DNA of 49,012 bases from an uncultured Thiobacillus sp. (GTDB taxonomy: Bacteria > Pseudomonadota > Gammaproteobacteria > Burkholderiales > Thiobacillaceae): positions 1 to 49,012 of the forward strand of contig CAZOVQ010000001.1 of NCBI GenBank assembly GCA_964583195.1. The letters are read 5' to 3'. Both the position numbers and the translations under genes were made by a program. Shown here piece by piece: positions 37,255 to 47,444 of this stretch (position 1 is its first letter; each line of letters opens with the position of its first letter). The notes beneath the pieces were generated by a model that was given only the letters and a program-made list of their open reading frames with translations, was not told where the DNA came from and ran no database searches.

Positions 37255-38226
37255 CTAACGGGACGCGCGCAGATTGCCGAGCAGACGCAGGGCGTAGGCG
37301 GTGCGGCCCGTGTCCCACGGCGTGAAGCGCGGCAACTGGAACGCGTCGCTTGCGCAGGTAGCGACGCCGGCGCTGGTCGAAACCGCACCTTCGAACCCAA
37401 GTTCGCGCACGATGCCTGCTTGTTCGGGCAGGTAGTCGGTTCCCGGTTTGCCGTTAGGGTAGGCGAACACGCGCACCGGGGCGCCGAGAACTTCTTCGAG
37501 CCTGGCCTTGCCGGCGGCGATTTCGGCACGCGCTTCCTCTGCCCCGAGTCCGGCGAGGATGGGGTGATGATGGGTATGGCCGCCGATTTCCATGCCGGCG
37601 GCGTGCAGGGCCTGGAGCTGCGCGGTACGCATCATCAGATCGCCGGGCAGGTCACCGACGGCCGCACATTCGGCGATGCGCTCGACGGTTTCCGTGCGGG
37701 CGTCGCGTGGCAGATATTTCACCTGCGGCAGCAGGCGGTCGATGGCGCGGCGCCGCGCACTCGGCGTGCCGAGCGGATGACGTCCGAGGCCGAGCGCTTC
37801 CAGATCGAGGACGTGGTACGGGCAGCGGCGCACGGCCTCGATCACCGTATCGTTGAACATGCGCCCGCCGTCAAGGTAGGCAGTGGCGATGAAGAAGGTG
37901 GCGGCAAGCCCGTGTTTTTTCAGGATGGGCAAGGCCTGGGTGGCATTGTCGGCGTAACCATCGTCGAAGGTGATGCAGGCGGCGCGCGCGGGCAGCGCGC
38001 TTGTTTTGAGGCGGGCGATGGCGTCGGGCAGCGGCAACACGTTGAACAGCGATTTCACGAGCTGCATCTGCGCGTCGAAGCTCGCGGCCGTGGCTTCGCC
38101 GGGAAACAGCGGGTCGGGCTGCGGCAGCACCCGATGAAAAATCAGGATGCTGAGACGGGCACCGGGCCCCGCCGGCGACAGGCGGGCGGCGGCAAGACGG
38201 AACAGGGGGTCGATCAAGGCAGGCAT
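37255..38226 (-). CDS. Polysaccharide deacetylase (CE4/NodB)
   Basis: ILIFHRV, ITFDDGYADN, ATFFI, EIGGHTHHHP, FAYPNG. Confidence 0.9.
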   Translation of the reverse strand: MPALIDPLFRLAAARLSPAGPGARLSILIFHRVLPQPDPLFPGEATAASFDAQMQLVKSLFNVLPLPDAIARLKTSALPARAACITFDDGYADNATQALPILKKHGLAATFFIATAYLDGGRMFNDTVIEAVRRCPYHVLDLEALGLGRHPLGTPSARRRAIDRLLPQVKYLPRDARTETVERIAECAAVGDLPGDLMMRTAQLQALHAAGMEIGGHTHHHPILAGLGAEEARAEIAAGKARLEEVLGAPVRVFAYPNGKPGTDYLPEQAGIVRELGFEGAVSTSAGVATCASDAFQLPRFTPWDTGRTAYALRLLGNLRASR

Positions 38227-38231
38227 GGGGA

Positions 38232-39188
38232 TCAGCTCGTGCTGCGCCGCCGCGCGACGGCATCGACGAGCATGCGATACAGCGGCGCCGGCAGGAGGCT
38301 GGCGATCAGGTGTTTGAGATCGCCCGCCTGCCAGCCGCCGGCGCGCAAGGCGCGGCGGAACAGGCGGCGCGCAGATTCGCCGTCGCCGCGCCAGTGGCAG
38401 CGATAGGCTTCGCGCACGAGCGGGCCTCGAATCAGGGCGCGGCGCTGCCCCGGCGCCAGACGCGCGAACCGTTGCATATGCTGCCGGGTGAAATCGCGGC
38501 GCACGGCACAGGCGTCGAAGACCTGGCGCCAGCGCGGCGCGGTGCGTTCATCGCTGGAAACCCCGCTGTGGAACGCCAGCGCCTCGGGCACACGCACGAG
38601 TTTCGGCTCGGCGGCGAACAGGCGCAGCCACAGGTCGTAGTCCATGGCCGTCGGCGCGCGCTCCGAAAAGCCGCGCGCCGCGTCGATCAACTGACGACGC
38701 ACCAGCGCGCAGTTTAGCGGCCACGGGCCATGTTGCAGCGCATGCGTGATGGCGCCCGCTGCGTCGAACTCGAGTGGAATTTCCGCCGCAGAAGCGACGA
38801 TGGCTTCATCCTGCTGCCAACCGCAATAGGCGATATCGGCGGCGGCGTCTTCGAGCGCCGCGTGCAGGCGGTTCAGGGCCTCGGGATGCCAGCGCTGGCC
38901 GGGTTCCAGAAACGCGATGTAATTGCCATCGGCATGGGCGAGTCCATGGTTGCGCGCGGCGTAGCGACCGGCTCGGCCCAGGTGCAGCAGCCGCATGCGT
39001 TCAGGGTGGCGCATGGCGCAGGCACGCAGGATTTCCGGCGTGGCATCGGCCGAGCCGTCGTCCACCGCGACGATCTGAAGTTGCGGCCAGGTCTGGCCGA
39101 GCGCGCACTCAACCGTGGTTTCCACGGTGGCCTCGTCGTCGCGGCAGGCGAGGACGACGGATATCAGGGCAGGGTCGAAGCGGTCCAA
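38232..39188 (-). CDS. GT2-family glycosyltransferase with a degenerate DXD motif
   Basis: ISVVL, VDDGSAD, ARNHGL, IAFLEPG, DYDLWLR. TTG start inferred. Confidence 0.78.
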   Translation of the reverse strand: MDRFDPALISVVLACRDDEATVETTVECALGQTWPQLQIVAVDDGSADATPEILRACAMRHPERMRLLHLGRAGRYAARNHGLAHADGNYIAFLEPGQRWHPEALNRLHAALEDAAADIAYCGWQQDEAIVASAAEIPLEFDAAGAITHALQHGPWPLNCALVRRQLIDAARGFSERAPTAMDYDLWLRLFAAEPKLVRVPEALAFHSGVSSDERTAPRWRQVFDACAVRRDFTRQHMQRFARLAPGQRRALIRGPLVREAYRCHWRGDGESARRLFRRALRAGGWQAGDLKHLIASLLPAPLYRMLVDAVARRRSTS

Positions 39189-39220
39189 GACACGGATTCC
39201 GGTGAGCGGGCGGATATCCG

Positions 39221-39257
39221 ATTGTAGCCGCCGCCGGCGGGACGCGGTTGCTACAAT
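39221..39257. promoter_or_regulatory. Divergent sigma70 -10 elements for the GT2 gene (-) and aroB (+)
   Basis: TACAAT on the minus strand at 39221-39226 and TGC-TACAAT on the plus strand at 39249-39257. Confidence 0.5.
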
Positions 39258-39293
39258 GTCGGCTTCCAGTTGCGTCCCCCCGTCTTCCCGCCC

Positions 39294-40376
39294 ATGCAGA
39301 CCCTCACCGTCGATCTTGGCGACCGCTCCTATCCCATCCATATCGGCGCCAACCTTCTGGAACGCGCCGAGCTGATCGTGCCACACCTGCCACAGAAGCG
39401 CGTGGCAGTGGTGACCAACGTCACGGTGGCGCCGCTCTACCTCGAACGCCTGACAAACACGCTGACGGCGGCCGGCGTGGCGGTGCATCCCGTCATCCTG
39501 CCGGACGGCGAGGCCTACAAGACCTGGGAAACGCTGAACCTGATTTTCGACGCCCTGCTCGCCTGGCGCGCCGAGCGCAAGACGACGCTCATCGCCCTGG
39601 GCGGCGGCGTGATCGGCGACATGACCGGCTTCGCGGCAGCTTGCTATCAGCGCGGCGTGCCCTTCATCCAGATTCCCACCACGCTCCTGTCGCAGGTCGA
39701 TTCCTCGGTGGGCGGCAAGACCGGCATCAACCACCCGGCGGGCAAGAACATGATTGGCGCCTTCTACCAGCCGCAGGCCGTGCTCGCCGACACCGGCACG
39801 CTGGCGACGCTGCCCGCCCGCGAACTGTCGGCGGGACTCGCCGAAGTCATCAAGTACGGCCTCATCCGCGACGCCGGTTTTTTCGCCTGGCTGGAAACGA
39901 ACATCGGCCGGCTGCGCGCGCTCGACACCGAAGCCATCGCGCACGCGGTCTTTCGCTCGTGCGAGATCAAGGCAGAAGTGGTTGCGCAGGACGAGCGCGA
40001 AGGCGGCATCCGCGCCCTGCTCAATCTGGGCCACACCTTCGGCCACGCCATCGAGACCGCAATGGGCTACGGCAACTGGCTGCACGGCGAAGCCGTCGGC
40101 GCGGGCATGGTGCTGGCGGCGGAAACCTCGCGACGGCTGGGCTGGATTGCGGACGCCGACGTGGCACGCACGCGCACGCTGATCCGCGCCGCGGGCCTGC
40201 CGGACACGGCGCCCGAACTGGACGTGGCGACCTGGCTCGATCTCATGGGGCACGACAAGAAAATCGAATCCGGCAGACTGCGCTTCGTGCTTCTGAAGAA
40301 GCTGGGCGAAGCCGTCCTCACCGGCGACGTGACGGATGAGATGCTCGCCGGCGTGCTCACGGCGGCGCCACACTGA
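39294..40376 (+). CDS. aroB: 3-dehydroquinate synthase
   Basis: [44 protein letters not shown]. Confidence 0.97.
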   Translation: MQTLTVDLGDRSYPIHIGANLLERAELIVPHLPQKRVAVVTNVTVAPLYLERLTNTLTAAGVAVHPVILPDGEAYKTWETLNLIFDALLAWRAERKTTLIALGGGVIGDMTGFAAACYQRGVPFIQIPTTLLSQVDSSVGGKTGINHPAGKNMIGAFYQPQAVLADTGTLATLPARELSAGLAEVIKYGLIRDAGFFAWLETNIGRLRALDTEAIAHAVFRSCEIKAEVVAQDEREGGIRALLNLGHTFGHAIETAMGYGNWLHGEAVGAGMVLAAETSRRLGWIADADVARTRTLIRAAGLPDTAPELDVATWLDLMGHDKKIESGRLRFVLLKKLGEAVLTGDVTDEMLAGVLTAAPH

Positions 40377-41497
40377 TGGACGGCCTCGCGCCCTACGCCG
40401 CGCACAGCGCGCATACGCGCGGCCGCGTCCACCCCGAAGCGGCGGCGGCGCCGCGTTCCGAATTCCAGCGCGACCGCGACCGCATCGTCCATTCCACCGC
40501 CTTCCGCCGGCTGGAGTACAAGACCCAGGTGTTCGTCAACCACGAAGGCGATCTTTTCCGCACCCGGCTCACGCACAGTCTCGAAGTCGCGCAGATCGGC
40601 CGCACCATCGCCCGCCTGCTGGGCGTCAACGAAGACCTGGTCGAAGCCGTCGCACTGGCGCACGACCTTGGCCACACGCCCTTCGGCCACGCCGGCCAGG
40701 ATGCGTTGAATGCCTGCATGCGCGAACACGGCGGCTTCGAGCACAACCTGCAATCGCTGCGCGTGGTCGATATGCTGGAGGAGCGCTACGCCGAATTCGA
40801 CGGGCTGAATCTCACTTTCGAGGCGCGCGAAGGCATACTCAAGCACTGCTCGGCCGGCAACGCGGCAAAACTCGGCGCCCTGGGCGAGCGCTTCCTCGCA
40901 GGACGCCAGCCGGGCCTCGAAGCGCAGATCGCCAATCTCGCGGACGAGATCGCCTACAACAACCATGACGTCGACGACGGCCTGCGTTCCAGGCTGATCT
41001 CGCTGGAACAGCTCTCCGCGGTTCGCATTTTCGCCCGGCATCTCGACGCCGTGCGCGTGCAATATCCCGATCTCGCCGGTCGCCGTCTGGTGACCGAAAC
41101 GGTGCGCCGCATGATCAACACCCTGATTCTCGATCTGCTGGAAACCACGCGCGCGAATCTCGCCGCCGCCGGCGTGACCAGCATCGACGACGTGCGCGCC
41201 GCGCCGCCGCTGGTCACTTTCAGCGCGTCGCTGCTCGACGAGCACCGCGAACTGAAGCGCTTTCTCCTGCACCATCTTTACCGGCACTACAAGGTTCAGC
41301 GCATGAGCGCCAAGGCCACGCGCATCGTCACCGATCTCTTCACCGCCTTCGTCGGCGACGCCCGCCTGCTGCCGCCCGAACACCAGGCGCGAGAATCGCT
41401 CGAAGGCGCGCGTGCCGTGGCCGATTATATCGCCGGCATGACCGACCGCTACGCCATGCGCGAGCACCGGCGGATTTTCGCGGTCGAGGAAATCTGA
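40376..41497 (+). CDS. dgt: Deoxyguanosinetriphosphate triphosphohydrolase
   Basis: [42 protein letters not shown]. Confidence 0.95.
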   Translation: MDGLAPYAAHSAHTRGRVHPEAAAAPRSEFQRDRDRIVHSTAFRRLEYKTQVFVNHEGDLFRTRLTHSLEVAQIGRTIARLLGVNEDLVEAVALAHDLGHTPFGHAGQDALNACMREHGGFEHNLQSLRVVDMLEERYAEFDGLNLTFEAREGILKHCSAGNAAKLGALGERFLAGRQPGLEAQIANLADEIAYNNHDVDDGLRSRLISLEQLSAVRIFARHLDAVRVQYPDLAGRRLVTETVRRMINTLILDLLETTRANLAAAGVTSIDDVRAAPPLVTFSASLLDEHRELKRFLLHHLYRHYKVQRMSAKATRIVTDLFTAFVGDARLLPPEHQARESLEGARAVADYIAGMTDRYAMREHRRIFAVEEI

Positions 41498-41509
41498 AGC
41501 ACCCGGCGT

Positions 41510-42748
41510 TCATTCCGCCAGGAACAACGCGAGCAGATCGTTCAGGAAACGCCGACCGCGCAGGCTTGGCCTGAGTGTCCCGGCATCGCATACGAGCAGC
41601 CCCTGCGCGCGTGCGCGTTGCAGCGCGCCGGTGCACGTGACGAGCGGCAGGCCGGTACGTTCTTCGAACAGCGCGCTCGCCACGCCCCGGCTGAGACGCA
41701 GGGCGTTCATCATGAATTCGAAGGGCAGGTCGTCACGCGTGAGGCTGCGGCGGTCGGCAATGTGCCGCCCCGTCCCCTTGCCGGCGGCAGCGGAAACAAG
41801 GCTTTGCATGTAGTGCTGCGGATGCTTCACGCGCATCTGCCGCACGATGCGGTCGTGGAAGCTCAGCTTGGAATGTGCTCCGGCGCCGATACCGAGGTAG
41901 TCGCCGAACTGCCAGTAGTTGAGGTTGTGGCGGCAGGCATGGCCGGGCCGGGCGTAGGCCGAGGTTTCATAGTGCGCGTAACCGGCGGCGTCGAGCCGCG
42001 CCTCGATCGCGTCCTGCATGTCGGCGGCGGCATCGTCGTCCGGCAGGTTCGGCGGCGGGCTGTGTCCGAATGGGGTGTTGGGTTCCAGGGTGAGATGATA
42101 GGCGGACAGATGCTGCGGCCGGAACGACAACGCGATGTCGAGGTCGGCGAGTGCCTCGCCGGACGTCTGTCCGGGCAGGGCGTACATGAGGTCGAGATTG
42201 AAGGTATCGAAATGCATCGCCGCCAGTTCGGCGGCACGGCGGGCGGCGATATCGTCGTGGATGCGTCCGAGCCCCCGGAGATGGCGCGGGTTGAAGCTCT
42301 GTATGCCGAGCGATAGCCGCGTGACGCCGGCCTCGCGATAGCCCTGGAAGCGCCCCGCTTCGACGGTGCCGGGGTTGGCTTCGAGGGTGATTTCCGCGCC
42401 GGGCACAAGCGGGGTGAGCGTGCGCACGCCGACGAGGATGCGGTCGATGCCGGCGGCTGAAAACAGGCTGGGGGTTCCACCGCCGAAGAATACGCTGTGG
42501 ATCCTGCGGCCCCAGATGTCGGGTAGCGCCTGTTCCAGGTCGGCAAGCAGGGCGTCGATGTAGTCGCTTTCGGGGAGTGCGCCCGCCCCCTCGCCCCCTC
42601 GTCCGCTCGCAGGCGAGGGGCGAACGCTGTGCGAATTGAAGTCGCAGTAGGGACACTTCTTCACGCACCACGGCAGGTGGATGTAGAGCGACAGCGGCGG
42701 AGGCGCCGTGAGACCGCCACCGCGCAGGGGAACGCGATGTTCAGCCAA
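41510..42748 (-). CDS. hemW: Radical SAM heme chaperone HemW (with a short in-frame insertion)
   Basis: LYIHLPWCVKKCPYCDFNSH, GGGTPS, EANP, HNLNYW; follows rdgB as usual. Confidence 0.93.
   Translation of the reverse strand: MAEHRVPLRGGGLTAPPPLSLYIHLPWCVKKCPYCDFNSHSVRPSPASGRGGEGAGALPESDYIDALLADLEQALPDIWGRRIHSVFFGGGTPSLFSAAGIDRILVGVRTLTPLVPGAEITLEANPGTVEAGRFQGYREAGVTRLSLGIQSFNPRHLRGLGRIHDDIAARRAAELAAMHFDTFNLDLMYALPGQTSGEALADLDIALSFRPQHLSAYHLTLEPNTPFGHSPPPNLPDDDAAADMQDAIEARLDAAGYAHYETSAYARPGHACRHNLNYWQFGDYLGIGAGAHSKLSFHDRIVRQMRVKHPQHYMQSLVSAAAGKGTGRHIADRRSLTRDDLPFEFMMNALRLSRGVASALFEERTGLPLVTCTGALQRARAQGLLVCDAGTLRPSLRGRRFLNDLLALFLAE
42581..42622. repeat. Palindromic repeat inserted in frame in hemW
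   Basis: CCCCTCG-N12-CGAGGGG stem plus a G-rich tail on the minus strand, encoding RPSPASGRGGEGAG. Confidence 0.6.
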
Positions 42749-43340
42749 TCCGTTCGAGCCGCTTCAGCTTGTCCACCAGGTCGCGTAACGCCTGGCCACG
42801 ATGGCTGATCGCGTTCTTGGTGTCGGCGTCGAGCTCGGCGCCGGTCTTGCCGTATTCGGGGACGAGAAAATACGGGTCGTAGCCGAAGCCGTTGCTGCCG
42901 CGCGGGGTGTCGATGATTTCTCCGTGCCAGCGGCCTTCGGCAATCACCGGTTCGGGATCGTCGGGATGGCGCACGAAGACCATGACGCAGGTGTAGTGCG
43001 CGCGCCGATTGGATTCGCCGGCGAGCGCGGCGACGAGTTTCTCGTTGTTGCGCGCATCGGATCTGGGTTCGCCCGCATAGCGTGCGGAGAGCACACCGGG
43101 CGCGCCGCCCAGTGCCTCGACGCAGATGCCCGAATCGTCGGCCAGCGCCGGCAGTCCGCTATGGACGCTGGCGTGGCGCGCCTTGGCGAGGCAGTTTTCG
43201 ACGAAGGTAAGGTGTGGTTCGGGGCAGTCGGGGACGTTGAATTCGGATTGCGGCACAGCCCGGATACCGAGCGGCGCGAGGATGCGCTCGATTTCACGCA
43301 GCTTGCCGGCGTTGCCGGAGGCGATGACGAGTTGGCTCAT
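42741..43340 (-). CDS. rdgB: dITP/XTP pyrophosphatase
   Basis: [29 protein letters not shown]. Confidence 0.96.
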   Translation of the reverse strand: MSQLVIASGNAGKLREIERILAPLGIRAVPQSEFNVPDCPEPHLTFVENCLAKARHASVHSGLPALADDSGICVEALGGAPGVLSARYAGEPRSDARNNEKLVAALAGESNRRAHYTCVMVFVRHPDDPEPVIAEGRWHGEIIDTPRGSNGFGYDPYFLVPEYGKTGAELDADTKNAISHRGQALRDLVDKLKRLERIG

Positions 43341-44065
43341 GCTGCGAGTGCCTCCTGCTGGGCTTTGCCGATCTCTGCGATTCCGGCGCCGGCCAGGTCG
43401 AGCAGGGCTTCGAGCGAGGCGCGTGAAAACAGCGCGCCTTCAGCCGTGCCCTGCACTTCGACGAAGCCGCCCGCGCCGGTCATGACCACGTTCATGTCGG
43501 TATCGCAACCGGAATCCTCGGCGTAGTCGAGATCGAGCACGGGCACCCCCTGATAGACGCCGACCGAGACGGCGGCGACGCTGTCGACAAGCGGCGATTC
43601 GGCGAGTTTTCCCGCAGCCAGCAAACCGGCGACCGCCTCGGCGAGCGCGACATACGCGCCGCAGATGCTGGCACAGCGGGTGCCGCCGTCGGCCTGCAGC
43701 ACGTCACAATCGAGATGAATGGTGCGCTCGCCAAGCTTCGCGAGATCGACCACGGCGCGAAGACTGCGCCCGATCAGGCGCTGAATTTCCTGGGTGCGGC
43801 CGCTCTGCTTGCCGCGCGCCGCCTCGCGGTCGGTGCGGGTATGGGTGGAACGCGGCAGCATGCCGTATTCCGCAGTCACCCAGCCTTCGCCGCTGCCCTT
43901 CTTGTGCGGCGGCACCTTCTCCAGCACGCTGGCGGTGACGAGCACGCGCGTGTCGCCCATGGCGACGAGCACCGAACCCTCGGCGTGCTTGGTGTAGCGG
44001 CGGGTGAACGACAGGGCGCGCAACGCGTCGGGCGCGCGTCCGCTGGGGCGGGCAAAGGCAGACAT
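43337..44065 (-). CDS. rph: Ribonuclease PH
   Basis: [38 protein letters not shown]; -10 TAGAAT on the minus strand at 44093-44098. Confidence 0.97.
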   Translation of the reverse strand: MSAFARPSGRAPDALRALSFTRRYTKHAEGSVLVAMGDTRVLVTASVLEKVPPHKKGSGEGWVTAEYGMLPRSTHTRTDREAARGKQSGRTQEIQRLIGRSLRAVVDLAKLGERTIHLDCDVLQADGGTRCASICGAYVALAEAVAGLLAAGKLAESPLVDSVAAVSVGVYQGVPVLDLDYAEDSGCDTDMNVVMTGAGGFVEVQGTAEGALFSRASLEALLDLAGAGIAEIGKAQQEALAA

Positions 44066-44226
44066 GGCAACACTCGTAAATGGCGAAGCGGGATTCTACC
44101 GTGCCGGCGATGGCGCAAGGGCGGCACGGACGGTGTCGCCTGTCCACGCTGCGGCGCGGCACCGAACCGCTCTGCCCGCCGGCGGCGTGGATCGGGCCGC
44201 CGGCGGCACGCGTGTAGAATCGCCGG

Positions 44227-45222
44227 GTGCCGCCGCGAACCCAACAAGCGCTTTTCCCCATCCTGCGTCGTCTGTCGGACGGCGCCTTCCATTCCGGCCA
44301 GGCGCTGGCGCACGAATTCGGCCTGTCGCGCGCGAGTGTGTTCAATGTGCTGACCGAGGCCGAACGTCTGGGGCTGACGGTCCACGCCGTGCGCGGGCGC
44401 GGCTACCGCCTGCCGGACACGATCGAATGGCTGTCGCGTGCAGCCGTCATGGACGCGCTCGGCGCCCAAGCCGGTGGGTTCGACCTGCACCTTGCCGACT
44501 GCGTGGATTCAACCAACAGCGTGCTGCTGGCCCTGGCCCAGCGCGGTGCGCGCGAGGGCACGACTGTCGTGGCGGAACATCAGCTCGCCGGGCGTGGCCG
44601 GCGCGGCCGCGCCTGGCATGCGGCACCGGGCGGCAGTCTGACGTTTTCCGTGTTGTGGCGGTTCGAAGGCGGTCTGCAAAGCCTGGGCGGACTGAGCCTG
44701 GTCGTGGGGCTTGCCGTCGCACGCGCGATCAACCGTCACGGCCGCAGTGCCGCGCGGGTCAAATGGCCGAACGACATCCTGGTCGGCCGGCACAAGCTGG
44801 CCGGTATCCTGATCGAGGTCCAGGGCGACATGAACGGCCCGGCCATCGCCGTCGCGGGTGTGGGCATCAACGTGCGCCTGCACGCGACGCAGCGTGAACG
44901 CATCGGCCAGGCCGCGACCGACCTCGAGACGCTGGGCGTAACCCCAGGCCGCAACCGGATGCTGGCCGAATGTCTCGCGGAAATACGCTCGGCGGTCGAG
45001 ACATTTCGACTGCACGGCTTCGCCGCCCTGCGTGAAACCTGGCAGGCGCTCGATGCCTGCGCCGGCAAAACAGTCACACTCCACCTGCCCGACGGGCGCA
45101 CGCTCTCGGGCACGGCCGCCGGCGTCGACGACGGCGGCGCCTTCCTGCTGCGCGGCGCGGACGGCACCCTCGGTGTGCATCACGGTGGCGAAATCAGCCT
45201 GCGCCTGGGGCGGACGACGTGA
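44227..45222 (+). CDS. birA: Bifunctional biotin-protein ligase/repressor
   Basis: N-terminal HTH (FHSGQALA), DSTN, GRGRRGRAW, KWPND, KLAGIL. Confidence 0.95.
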   Translation: MPPRTQQALFPILRRLSDGAFHSGQALAHEFGLSRASVFNVLTEAERLGLTVHAVRGRGYRLPDTIEWLSRAAVMDALGAQAGGFDLHLADCVDSTNSVLLALAQRGAREGTTVVAEHQLAGRGRRGRAWHAAPGGSLTFSVLWRFEGGLQSLGGLSLVVGLAVARAINRHGRSAARVKWPNDILVGRHKLAGILIEVQGDMNGPAIAVAGVGINVRLHATQRERIGQAATDLETLGVTPGRNRMLAECLAEIRSAVETFRLHGFAALRETWQALDACAGKTVTLHLPDGRTLSGTAAGVDDGGAFLLRGADGTLGVHHGGEISLRLGRTT

Positions 45223-45953
45223 GCCTGCCGCGCGTGCTGATCGACGCAGGCAATACGCGCCTGAAATGGGCAGTCGTCGCCGACGGCCGCTGGCTGGCCC
45301 AAGGCCATGCCGACTACACCGATCTCTCGGGACTTGCGGCCGAACTGACCCGGGAACGCAGCGTCACGGTGGCGAGCGTCACCCGCGAGGAAAACGCGGT
45401 GGCGCTCTCCGCCCTGCTGCAACGCGCCGGAGTGAGCGCCCGCTGGCTCGAATCGGCTGAGCGCTTCGGCGCAGTCACGAACGGCTACGAAATCCCCGCG
45501 CAACTGGGCGTGGACCGCTGGATGGCTTTGATCGGCGCCTGGCAGCGCAAGCATTGCGCGACGCTGGTGGTGTCGGCAGGCACCGCGATGACAGTCGACG
45601 CACTTGATCCCGGCGGCCACTTCATCGGCGGTCTCATCGTCCCCGGCCGGGCATTGATGCGTGCTGCCCTGCGGCAGGGAACCGCGCGTGCGACCGCCGA
45701 CGCAGGCGTCTGCCGCGATTTTCCCCGCCGCACCAGCGACGCCGCGGAAAGCGGCATCGCCGCGGCACTAGCCGGCGCGGTGCGCACGCAGCGGGCGCGG
45801 CTGGCCCAGCAACTGGCGCGTCCAGCCGCCTGTCTCGTCACCGGCGGCGACGCCGACTGGCTGCTGCCCCATCTGGACGGCGATGCGGAACCGGCACCCT
45901 CGCTGGTGCTCGAAGGCATGGTCTGTGTAACGGAGATGAACACCCCGGCATGA
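45219..45953 (+). CDS. coaX: Type III pantothenate kinase
   Basis: DAGNTRLKW, LGVDRW, AGTA.TVD, GGLIVPG, TGGD; follows birA. Confidence 0.93.
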   Translation: MSLPRVLIDAGNTRLKWAVVADGRWLAQGHADYTDLSGLAAELTRERSVTVASVTREENAVALSALLQRAGVSARWLESAERFGAVTNGYEIPAQLGVDRWMALIGAWQRKHCATLVVSAGTAMTVDALDPGGHFIGGLIVPGRALMRAALRQGTARATADAGVCRDFPRRTSDAAESGIAAALAGAVRTQRARLAQQLARPAACLVTGGDADWLLPHLDGDAEPAPSLVLEGMVCVTEMNTPA

Positions 45954-46594
45954 AATGGATCGTGGCCCTGCTGCTGGCGCTGAACCTCGGCGTCGCCGGC
46001 TTTTTCGTCGCCCGCACGCAAGGCTGGCTGGACCCGGCGCAGCCGGTCGCGCCGCTCAACGTCGATAGTGTGTGGCTCGCCGCCGCGCCGGAGGCCTCGC
46101 GGGCGCCTCGCGCGCCGGAGACAGCGCGCGAGGCGCTCTGCGTCGAGTGGCGCGATCTCGGTGCAGCAGATTTCCCGGCCGTGCGCGAGCGTCTGAAGAC
46201 GCTCGCGGGCGAGCGGCCGATGTCGTTTGCCGAAGTTGCGCTCGACACCCGGCGCTGGGTGGTCTTTCCACCGCTGCCGAGCGCGCGCGCGGCCTCGGAA
46301 AAACTCGGCGAGCTACTCGCGGCGGGCGTGCGCGATGCCTTCGTGGTAAACGACGGCCCCTGGCGCAACGCCATCTCGCTCGGACTTTACGCCAACGATG
46401 CGGCGGCCGCGCGGCGCACGCGGGAACTGGAGGCCAAGGGCGTGCACGGCACCGGAATCGAGCGGGTGCCGCGTCAGGGCACCGGGTTTTATTTCATTGT
46501 CAGGAGTGACGACCCGGACCTGCTCAAACGGCTCGACGACATCAGACAGGCCTATCCCGACAGCCGGCTGTCGCGCATCGCCTGCCCGTCATGA
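45950..46594 (+). CDS. SPOR-domain protein
   Basis: N-terminal TM, NAISLGLY; conserved birA-coaX-SPOR order. Confidence 0.75.
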   Translation: MKWIVALLLALNLGVAGFFVARTQGWLDPAQPVAPLNVDSVWLAAAPEASRAPRAPETAREALCVEWRDLGAADFPAVRERLKTLAGERPMSFAEVALDTRRWVVFPPLPSARAASEKLGELLAAGVRDAFVVNDGPWRNAISLGLYANDAAAARRTRELEAKGVHGTGIERVPRQGTGFYFIVRSDDPDLLKRLDDIRQAYPDSRLSRIACPS

Positions 46595-47444
46595 AAGGCT
46601 CATCACCAGACCGGCGAACACCGCGGCGCCAAACCACGCATTGTGCAGAAAGGCGCGAAAGCAGGCGCGCGGCTCACGTCCCCGGATCAGCCACAGATGC
46701 CAGGCGGCAATCACCGCCGCGACGGCCAGCCCAGCGTAATACGGCCAGTTGATCGCACGCGCCGCGCCCACCCAGGCCAGCAGTCCCAGCGCCGCCGCGT
46801 AGCACAGCGCGATGGCGGCGATCGAAACGGCCGAAGGTGATCGCCGAGGTGCGGATGCCGATCTTCAGATCATCCTCGCGGTCGACCATTGCGTATTCGG
46901 TGTCGTAGGCGATGGCCCAGAACACATTGGCAAGCAACAGCCACCAGGCTTCGGTGGGCACCGTGCCCCACAGTGCAGCGTAGCTCATGGGAATGCCGAA
47001 ACCGAAGGCGACGCCGAGATAGGCCTGCGGAACCGCGAAAAACCGCTTGGTGAATGGATAGCTTGCGGCAAGAAACAGCGCCACGAAGGAAAGTTTCCAC
47101 ACCAGCGGATCGAGCGGCAGAATGAGCAGAAAAGCCAGCAGCGAAAGGCCCCCCGCCAGCGCCAGAGCTTCCTTCGGCGACACCCGCCCCGCGGCCAGCG
47201 GACGGTCGCGCGTGCGTGCGACGTGCGGATCGAAATCGCGGTCGGCGTAATCGTTGATGACACAGCCGGCGGAACGCATCAGCACCACGCCGACGACGAA
47301 TAGCCACAGAATCAGCCAGTCCGGCCGGCCCTGCCCGGCGAACCATTGTCCCCACAGCGTCGGCCACAGCAGCAGCAGGATACCGATAGGCTTGTCGAGC
47401 CGCATCAGTTTTTCGTATTCGGTCAGGCGTTCGGCGAGCGTCAT
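46589..47444 (-). pseudogene. ubiA: 4-hydroxybenzoate octaprenyltransferase, frameshifted near 46820 (true lesion or sequence error)
   Basis: [28 protein letters not shown] in one frame; the C-terminal AAIALCY...CFRAFLHN continues in another frame ending at 46589. Confidence 0.85.

Noticed and set aside
38232..40373. 713-aa ORF as a long GT2 fusion
   Set aside because: The N-terminal ~395 codons are antisense to aroB; the GT2 begins near 39188.
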